Source of the DNA: Mytilus edulis
Taxonomy: Eukaryota
DNA: 64,000 nt
NCBI RefSeq assembly: GCF_963676685.1
Contig: NC_092346.1
Span: forward strand, 101,246,001 to 101,310,000
Direction: 5' to 3'
The notes beneath the pieces were generated by a model that was given only the letters and a program-made list of their open reading frames with translations, was not told where the DNA came from and ran no database searches. The position numbers were made by a program, and so were the translations under genes. Positions 53,878 to 64,000 of this stretch are shown here, one piece after another. Positions within the stretch are counted from its first letter, which is position 1, and each line of letters opens with the position of its first letter.

Positions 53878-54292
53878 CGCGCGTCTAGCGTATATACAAA
53901 ATTAAGTCCTGGTATATATGATGAGTTTATTTAAAACCAATGGGTCGACGCCACTGCTGAGTGTATCACCAGCCCAGTAGTCAGCACCTTTTGTGCTGAC
54001 ATGAATTATCATTGATATGGTTATATTTATAAATTAACTGTTTACAAAAGATTGAATTTTTGAAATACTAAGGCTTTTCTACCTCAGGCATAAATTGCCT
54101 AAGCTGTATTTGGCAAAACTTTTGGGTATTTTGGTTCTCAATGCTCTGCAACTTCGTAGTTTATTTGGCCTTTTTAACTTTTTGGATTCAAGCGTCACTG
54201 ATAGGTCTTTTGTGTCACTGATAGGTCTTTTGTAGACGAAACCAGTCTGGCGTATATACAAAATTTAGTCCTGGTATCTATGATGAGTTTAT
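53878..54292 (+). mobile_element. retrozyme-like monomer with decayed hammerhead
   Basis: Period 362; gcgtcaCTGATAGgtcttttgtagacGAAAccagtctggcgt at 54192-54253 with a 20-bp internal duplication. Confidence 0.7.
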
Positions 54293-54374
54293 TATCAAAT
54301 AATACAGAAATAATGCATGTATAGTTTATGAAGAAATTAGCTGAACAAATAGATTAGATTTTCACGTAGGTCGG

Positions 54375-54560
54375 GTTAGTTTTCTGGTTTTAATTGTTTT
54401 ATATTGTCATATCGGGGCCTTTTATAGCGGACTATGGGGTATGGGCTTTGCTCATTGTTGAAGGCCACACGGTGACCTATAGTTGTTAATTTCTGTGTCA
54501 TTTTGGTCTCTTGTCTCCAGTTGACTCATTGGCAATCATACCACATCTTCTGTTTTATAT
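54375..54560 (+). mobile_element. high-copy SINE-like fragment (representative copy)
   Basis: gctcattgttgaaggcc.tacggtgacctatagttg...cataccacatcttct also at about 24545, 24850, 26128, 31250 and 38645, and reversed at about 9140, 18170 and 28150. Confidence 0.7.
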
Positions 54561-57500
54561 TAACATTATTGAAGTATTAACCCAATTTTTAAGACATTGG
54601 CCATTTAAAAGAAAATGGAAGAAACTGAAGAAGGACTATGGCCAAAACGTCTTAAAATTGGTTTAATACTACAATAAATATAATAATGTTTAAACAGGAC
54701 ACCATACAGGACAACAAAAACACAGACTGGCGTTTCTTTGGGATTGAACAAGATTTGATACAAACAAAACAAGACTTATTCTGAGCAACAAGATAGCAAT
54801 TCTTCTTATCAACAGACATGAGGCATATAAAAAAAAACGTTTATAGCCAACAACACTGGATAAAATCAAATTTTGAATACACACTTACAACAACAAATCA
54901 TATCAGACAATTCTTTGTAGACAAGAAAAAAAAATTGTGAATGTTAAACAAAAAAAACCCCAGACCATTCGAAAGGATTCTAACCAACAAACAACCTTGA
55001 CTGTAAGAAAGAATCCAATTTCAGATAAGAAAATAGTCAAAAAGTCAGAAAAAGGTAATAGTATTACACATAACAGACCAACCTGAAGACAGTACTCAAC
55101 CAACAGACAATTTTAGACAAAGAACCAAAGATAGCCTTAATTAACTATTAATACTGAAGAAAACATACTACAGGTGTAAGACACAAAACAAAACAGGTAG
55201 CCTACATTTCAGTCTGATGGTCGAGAGAAGACAATAGAAAACAAAACTAAAAGAAAATTCAAGATGTAGGCAGCCAAAACAGATTTTTTCCACAGGATTA
55301 TACAAAACCATACATAGCTGACCAAACTAGAGGCTCGAGCATGAGTAGCTTAACCTGGTCTTTGTGCATATTCAACAAAGGAAACACTCTAACATTGTAG
55401 ACAAGAATAGAATTCATGACAAAAATCTCTGTTTTGTTGATCTTTTTGTCTGTTTAATTTGTCTCTATGTTCTTAAAAGAGGGCTAAAAAATCCTCATTA
55501 TATAAGGGTATCCACACATATAAAGTGTGACAGTATACTACCTACATCAGCTGACTTGTTAGTAGATCTTTCCTTGCTGATCATTTGAGTGGTTTATAAT
55601 GTCTATTTATCTATTATAATTTTTATCATGAAAGGTAAACGCAAAAATGGAAAAAACCCTCATTAATGTGCAATATTCCAAACAGGAGTCGTGGGACGAT
55701 TTCGTCATTATTATCTAAAATTTTATAGATAAAATAATACCAGATTCTTCAATCATGTGAAGGAAATCATTGCAAGCAAGACAAAAATTTGCAAAGATCT
55801 TCAAGTTATACCAAAGTTAGAATGAATTTCCTTTAATTTTTAATATCATAAATTACAAAGACTTATAATACTACTATACATAAATAACGGATTAATACAA
55901 GTGTAGTCTTACATCTATGGGAATACGACAAAAGCAAAGCTTGAACACACAAATAATTTGTGAAGTTCAATCAATATTAAATGACTCAAATTGTCTATTG
56001 CAGACAAAAAAAATACCCAAATTGAATGCTTAAGGGGATAAAACTTCTGGATCTCTAAACTGATACATGAACAAAGCATGTCTATCACAATTTGCATGTT
56101 TAGAATTTTTTTAGACCAAGTGTCTACCAAAGGATTAAACATTATGTATTAACAAAACATTTTTGTTTAATTTCACTTTACACTTACATAAAAATGTATT
56201 TGTTAAATTTGAATATTATAACATAGAAAATATTTAGTAGAATTTAGGTGAATCACTGATTCTTATGTGCACAAAAGAAAATAAATGTATCTTCATACAA
56301 AACGTATAAAGAAAATTTCTTAGAACCATAAAATGAATTAAGGTTGGTCATATATGACAGTGGATTTCAATTTTTTCACTACACCTGCATATTAATTTTG
56401 ATAAAAACACAAAATAAAAATATAAATATGGTTATTCCCATATATAAATTATTACCATGCAAACCGAGAGTCACTTAAGTCGTTTTGATGTAATTTTGTA
56501 GTTGCTAAGTACTTGCTACCAACACCATTATGTACATGATCATAGTTTGTATCATACAAATAAATTTCTTTAATAATCATCTATAAATAAACTTTTATAA
56601 ATACAATGTAAGTTTCAGACAATTATATAAATCTAATGCTGAAATTATACATTAAAGAATTTACAGTCAAACCCTCTGTAACTCAATATTTACAGTCAAA
56701 CCCTCTGTAACTCAATACAATAAATTTTGTTCAGAATATAAAACAGTACATGCACTTTCCAAAAATTCCTAAAAAAAATCTTTTTTTTTTAAATATATAA
56801 ATCTGTGAGTGTGTGAAGTTAAAGAAAGGACAGAGCAAAAGACATTGACAAAAATGGGTTTTAACAATATAATTAAGGTTTTTCCCTATTCTAAGTATGA
56901 TTTTTAAAAATCTATTTTATTATATTTGTGTTACTTAAATTACTTGCTTTGCTGACTGTATGCATTACCCTCTTGTGAACGTTTTTATATCAACATATGT
57001 ATGGGCTAATAACAGCAGTGAAGCTTATTTCAATATTTTCATGTGTACAAATGGTCATTTTAGACAGGATAGCAATCCCATAAACACCAATACCTAATTT
57101 CGCTACATTTAGTTGTAATCTATTACGTTATATATTTGATGAAATGATGAAAAGAAATTCTAATACTTTAAATAATGTGGAGAATGAAAAAGAAAAACAA
57201 ACACACATATCTCCTTTAAACAAGAATAAATAGAATAAAAAAAAGAATCTTGTAAAAAGAAAAAAAGATGTAAAAACAACACATGATTATAAGTACAATT
57301 ATATAAAATAAACTTAGCTCTTAATAGATACAACAAAGCCTGCCTTAAAGTATATATATTAGATAATAAAATTGATGTATAAAAGTACAAGTATATAGTT
57401 ACTGTCTGATCTGATAAGGCTTCATCAACAAAAAACACAAATGTAAGTCAAAAATAGTAGGCCAGTGCAAAAATAACGGTACTATATTTGTAAATAAACT

Positions 57501-59473
57501 ATAGTCCAAAGAGCATAGAAACCCCCTCAAGATGATAACTTTAGGTTTAAGCTCAATGTTTAGTTGAGGCCTGTAAACTCAGTAACCAAAAAACTCAATG
57601 AATTTAAATGAGATAACATCTATCAGATACATGAAGTTTAACTAACTACAGATTGGATGAACAAATTAGCTAAATATAAAAGATTGTGCAAAGGAGAGGA
57701 TGTTCTTATTTATATTACTTCTACCTTTTATACTATCAATGAAATGTTTTTGGAGTGAAATCCCTTGCATTAAAGAAATCTAACACACATTAAGTATCCT
57801 ATGTGTCTTTCCAATCAGCAAATCAATTCTGTGATCAGTTCTTTTGTATGTTTGTATCAAATTTATCAGTAAAACAATAAAATTTAATGAAATCTCTTAT
57901 AAAGAATATTTTTTAAAGATGAAAAAAGTAGTCACTTGTTCCCATTTGTAACCTTAATGAAACTTATAACTCATTACATATGCCACCAATACATTATTGT
58001 GTGTTTGTTACTACGTGTATTATTCACTCTACGTGTATTATTCGCTTGAATATATATTGAGATTTACATATTTAACATAAACAAGATCTACAATGAATGC
58101 CCCTAATTATTTGATACTACATTGTGTATATGTCCTCTCAAACAACAACCAACTGGGTAATCACAGCATACAAATATTTAAATGGCATACAATGTGAACA
58201 ATTCTACCAAATGATAAGGCTTATATCAAATTATAAAAAAAAGTTAAATTTTGAAAGCAGAATCTTAAAATGTAAATGTGATAAAATCTTCACTTAGGTG
58301 AACTCATCTGATAAAACAATACTTTGAAAATAAAGTAAAACTTATGTTGGAAATTACCTTTTTTTCTGCTGAAATTCAAATTTTTGGGTAAATTTATTTA
58401 AGCTTGTCATTTCATTATAAATTTTGACAACCAGATACGAGAAGCAATAATGAACGTAAAAGTTTTTTTTTTAACAGTACATTAGCATATGGTGTATGTG
58501 ATACATGAATTAAATAAATTTACTAAGCAATGTTTACATGAATAATGCCTACATAAGCAGGGTTTCCCCTGGGTCAATTATTTTTTTCGCCACCTCTTTC
58601 GCCAAAACAATATATTTTTCGCCACTTTATTTTTTTTTTCGCCAAGTAACATAAATATATTTTTCCTGTTGTGCCCTTTTGTACTAAGAAGTAATTTTTT
58701 ACAACAAAACAAAAGCTTTTATCACATGAAATTGATCCCTTATTTCATGTGTAGTCATTACATTGAAGGGTTACTCTCATTCGAGGGGTTGTTCCTAGCC
58801 TTTTGGATAGATTTTTTCATAACGACAGTTTTCTTTTCTTGACCATCGTAAATGAAAAAGTTGAGACGTACAACTATGCTTGAAACACGTGCATGTGTCA
58901 CTCAAACGACTTTATTAAAGTCAAAGGATAAAAGAATTAAAGTTTTAAATCGGAGATTTTTTTGGCTTTTGAACAATTTTCGTCACAATAACAACTTTCT
59001 TTTCAAAACTATCTTTAAAGCACATATTACCCTTTCACAATTGGGTTATACATTTATTAAGCACTGTTCATTGTTATTTTATGAAACATAATGATATGCA
59101 TATAGTTGTCTTTTTTTTAATTTGTGGTTTGTTCATTTTGATTTCTAATTTTTTTCTATTTCTTTTCTTTTTAACCTTAAATATTTTGGTCATCTGAAAT
59201 TTATTAGACATGACATTTAACACAATTCAGATTTTCATTATTTGATTATAAAAAAGCTGCAACAAGTTTGTCATGATAAAGTTTAAATAGATAAGAAACT
59301 TAAATAATACAAGTAAAACTAATATAAAGTTATGATATATATCTTAAGAGCATCTCATTAAATTATAGCAAATCAATGAATTCAGTAACAAAACTGAAGA
59401 ATGGTAAAGTCTACATTGAAAGACATGAAATTGTGCAGAATAAATGAGTTCTTCCAGCAGATTCTTCTCAAGG

Positions 59474-59496
59474 CTACTGATACATCAGTGTTTCAT
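59474..59496 (-). CDS. possible terminal micro-exon (xETLMYQ*) of a gene lying right of the window
   Basis: Strong acceptor ttttttttctgatttcag| followed by a short frame and TAG, then several kb of repeat-poor AT-rich UTR-like sequence. There is no homology support. Confidence 0.2.
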
Positions 59497-62307
59497 CTGA
59501 AATCAGAAAAAAAACCAGTTATTTAATATTGACTCTGAAATTCAATTCAAGCTAAAAACTTATTGTTGTAAAGAACAGTAAATATTGATATCATAAACTA
59601 CAAGCAAAATTGATAATATATACATCAATGCATTAAGTCATTCACAAAAGATTTGTCAATGTTATTTTTAAACAAGAATGTTTTTTATTTCTTTACTGTC
59701 ATACTTTAACATTAATCATTAGAAATGCTATTTATTCTTACAAAGTATAATTAATTGAAATGCACTATAAATTAGTTAAATACAGTTAAAGAAAGAAGCA
59801 ATAAGAAAAAAAGAAGAAACAATACACATTTCGATTAGGTTATAAAAACATAAATCTATATAATAAAATCTGTAGCAATTTACTGGAAAAATACTGCAAT
59901 CATTATGAGTGCTTGCAATGCAGACCTTTGTGTAAGCAATACCTGATACCACATATATAACACACTTTTATGTGCCCATCATGCACAGGTTTAATGTGAC
60001 AAATTAAAATATTTGGACTGTTTTCTAATACATCAAAAGAATAACAGGAACTATCAGATTTAAAAGTTTGAATGCTAAAGATGTTTAAATATATAGTGTT
60101 TTATGTTCTAAAAATGAAAAATTATCATTGCCTGTCACAAGGTGAGTAACTGGTTAAGTAGATGATAGTAACTGAACATCTTAAAATAGAAAATTTAAAT
60201 AATTTACAGGGGCATTTGTTCTTAACATCAAATCTTTCTTTTTTATACTTTCTTTCAGGTTGAAAAAAACTAAATTGATGAAGAAGCACACAACATAGAA
60301 AAGGATATTAATGACACATGTATTAAAGTATTGAGAAGACAATAAGAAGATATTCCTGAGAAGACCGAGGTGTATTTGTGGTGAGTATTTTGTATGTGAA
60401 ACACTGTGAGGGGCATACCTACATCTGCCTTTAATCATACATCTGAAATAAACATGTGTAACTATCAAAGCATATGTGGTATCATTAGTATTTCTAGCCA
60501 TTTTAATTAAGGTGTCATCCATGAAAATATTTCCCAAGAGTGAAAGAGTATTGAAACCCTATTTTTAAATAAAACATCTACATAAGATCAAAGAGTAAAT
60601 CAGAGTTCAGTTTTATAGGTTTTATATTTGGCTAGCTCAAATTGAATAACCAGTTACTGTTGTTTAGGATTATTGGAATGCATGATCATCTTACTTCTGT
60701 TGCATTTTAATGGATCATAAATTAATAGGGGGTAATGATACAAACTCTGAAATTAAGAGGGAAAATATCAATAAAGAGGATCATCAAACTCAAACATAAG
60801 CTAGACGTCTATTTCTATAACAATTATGGATGAACCCTTGGAAGCAAATTAAGATTTAGTTTCTAATCATTTTTTTTATATTGAGGAGACTACTATCTAT
60901 AAAACCTATGAGGTTTTGACCTATTACGATGATAGAAGTCAGTCTGTAAAGCATTCGTAATGACATAGATGTATATGTCAGACTATCTTAAGGAGTTTAT
61001 AATGACATAATCAATCACAGTCAAATATTCTATCAAATCACATTAATAACAAACAATTTGTTACAAACAGTTCCATTGAAAAAAATGTTACTGTAACAGA
61101 TATCTATATAAATAGGTCAGTCTGTATCGTAGACTGATAATGTGTTTGTCAGATGTCCAGTTATCTATGGATAAAACTTCTACTTATTGCAAGACTAAAT
61201 ATTAGGAGCTGTCCTGGTATGTAAAAACTTTCAAAATCTGTTTACAATATGTCAAGGTGAAAAAATATTAACTTATGGTTCATGATGCAAAAATTTAACC
61301 AATGTTACTCAAGTATAACATAAAGGTCACAGTGAACCACTGGTGGCCTAGTGGTCTAAGTTGTTCAACACTTATCCCTTGTCTGACAACACTGAGTTTG
61401 TGAGTTGGAACCAACTTGTAGCAAGGTGTCTTTATTGACTGGAATTTGCAGAATATCATGGGTCGCCACCAATAAAAAGGTCAGCATCAAATAGCGAAGA
61501 GTGGCGTAAAACTCAAACAATCAATCAATCATAGTGAACCAAAGGTTACTGCATCAAAAGTTTTGAAATTAACTTAAATGACAACCTAGTTGCTAAAGCA
61601 GAAATGTAGATCATAGTAACCAAGCTATTACAATAACGAATTACAAAATAAAATAAAGACAAATGCACAGACTTCAAAAACTAATGCTACAAAATCCTGG
61701 ATTAACATATAAACTTCAATATATTAAAGCTATTTAAAACAAAGTGGTTATGATCATGCAGTTACAGGAATTGGTTATCTCATGAAAATCTTTAACTTTG
61801 TCAGCATGCAAAATAAAAGTACTAGAAGCCAATAATAAGAACACATATCTACAGTGATATAAATGTATTTATGTTTGTACCAACCCATATAGGTGTGTAT
61901 TTATCCTGTAACCTGTAAACAAAATGTCATAATTATACACAATGTATCATTATATTTGTATGTTTTTAGCTTGACACATAACAATACTCCCTTCATTGGA
62001 CACATTATTTTCATGGGTAACAAATTATCTGTATTTTTTTCTTGTTTGTAAATATATTGGATGGCATTAAATGTTAGGATACATATAACTCATATGAGCT
62101 TTGGTGAAATGAAGCATGCATTGTATTGAATGTAAGAGGCAGACGTGAGATATTCATGCTGTGTATTACTATTGTAAGGAAAATTAATAATTCTAATATG
62201 AGGAATTTCTTCACAGAAATACAGCAAAGTCTAAATAGTTTATAGGAATATTTGGAATGTTTGCAGCAACTAAAGGAATATCTACTGGAGAATTATAAGG
62301 GATGTCC

Positions 62308-62700
62308 AAATAAATTCATCATAGATACCAGGATTAAAATTTTATATTTACACCAGACATGCATTCAGTCTACAAAAGACTCATCAGTGACGCTCAAATC
62401 AAAAAATGTGTAAAAGGCCAAATAAAGTACGAAGTTGAAGAGCATTGAGGACCAAAAATTCCTAAAAGTTTTGCCAAATACAGTTAAGGTAATCTATTCC
62501 TGAGGTAGAAAAGCCTTAGTATTTCAAAAATTCAAAATGTTGTTAACAGTTAATTTATTATTATGAACATATCAATGATAACTCAAGTCAACACAGAAGC
62601 ACTGACTACTGGGCTGGTGATACCTTCAGGGAAATAAATCTCCACCAGCAGTGGCATCGACCCATTGGTTGTAAATAAACTCAACATAGATACCAGGATT
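62308..62700 (-). mobile_element. retrozyme-like monomer with decayed hammerhead
   Basis: catagataccaggatt repeated with period 365; minus strand gcgtcaCTGATGAgtcttttgtagacTGAAtgcatgtctggtgt at 62350-62394. Confidence 0.72.
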
Positions 62701-64000
62701 CCACAGAACAAAGTCGAGATATTCTAGGCTATGGTTAATAAACAAGAAATGTACTAACAAGATAGCTTGGTAAAGGTTTTGGTTATGTATCTATTTTTCC
62801 TGATGTGTTTTGGTATTTTATCTGATTTAAAGGGTTAAAATAAAAGTAATCACTGTAAACACATATTCACATTTTATGTAATTTGCATGTGTAACAAGCA
62901 GCACCTGTTTATAACAGAAAAAAACCTTATCAAATTATTTAATATCAAATACTTCTACTTCTTTACCAAAATTATTTAACTCATTAATTGATGAATCTAG
63001 AAAAATACCCGCCAAACATTAATTTAACATCTTTTCAAACAACTAACAACAAAACAAAATTCATATTGGAAAACACAAGCACTTCTAGGTTAAGTTTTCA
63101 GATACAAGAAACATCAAACAATTTATTTGTTTTCAGTCACAGTAAAAAATATACTGCATTTTTTTACAGGTCTTAAATTATCATCAGTCAAATAATATAG
63201 TAAATTAAATGAAAATAAATACCATGTTGGAATCACAAAGTGATGAAAAGTAATATTTAACTAGAACATATACAAATAAGTTTAGATTTTTGCAGTATTA
63301 CATGCATACCTTAGACACATTCCATGAAGGCATGTTATAAGAAGTTGTTTTACATACCTCTTTATTGGGCTTTTTTTAATAGAAAATGTCCTTACCAAAA
63401 AAACTTGAATAATTACAAAATTAATGGGACTCAAAATAGTTTTAAGTAAATAGTAAATCTCCAAAACAAGTAAAAATAATAAGCCATCATAGCCACTGAA
63501 ATAAAATATAATATGTCATCTAGTTATATTATCATAAAGACAATTAGGATTCAGTGATACATGTACTACTTCTAAATGAGAGAAGTTTCTTTTCCCTCCT
63601 TTTTATCATAAGGATCTATCATTAATTCTAACTAATCAGGTTTTATTTTCATTTTCTAGTTTTAAAAAGCAGCATGCAGTTCAGTAGTAGTTTAAAACTG
63701 ACACATTCAATGACAACTTTCAGACATAGCATTACTAGCTTATTAAAATGCAGCACACAGTTCTAGCATATTATAATTATAGATTTACATGTGTAAAGAA
63801 TGGGTACCAACCCAATATTGGCATGTATTTATCCCATGACCTGTAAACAAAATTCCATTGTATGATTATATAAGATAAAAATTAAATCCATTTTCTATCA
63901 TTCAAATTACTGTAAATACAGAAATTTTTGTTCACCATTTTTTGGTGCAAATAAGTGGATTTTGGTGAGTATCTCAATAATGAAAACACTCATCAGATAT

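Noticed and set aside
56659-56717. Short perfect duplications (also about 480-538 and 44048-44150)
   Set aside because: Ordinary two-copy slippage events with no link to any feature.
58558-58650. CAGGGTTTCCC hAT-like terminus
   Set aside because: I found no matching opposite TIR, so the element boundaries are unsupported.

Overview
AT-rich animal genomic DNA. The interspersed repeats resemble families I recognise from Mytilus-type bivalves, but the species is an inference. The window holds a tandem cluster of four SLC46-family (PCFT/SLC46A3-like) MFS transporter genes: A (-), B (-), C (+) and D (-). Each has four coding exons of about 1.15 kb, 84 nt, 157 nt and a short tail, with identical intron phases. 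The main unusual feature is that three intronic satellites are amplified copies of the genes' own splice junctions. Gene A carries about 65 copies of its exon-3 donor (55-bp unit), gene B 9 copies of its exon-2 acceptor (53-bp unit) and gene C 15 copies of its exon-2 acceptor (102/94/87-bp units). Gene D shows single-copy duplications in the same two regions (exon 2 and the exon-3 donor). The window also contains decayed hammerhead-ribozyme (retrozyme-like) repeats, a decayed Academ-type transposon, nested MITE/Helentron-like elements and several satellites, two of them seeded from dispersed elements. Most short or repetitive ORFs in the track are artefacts.
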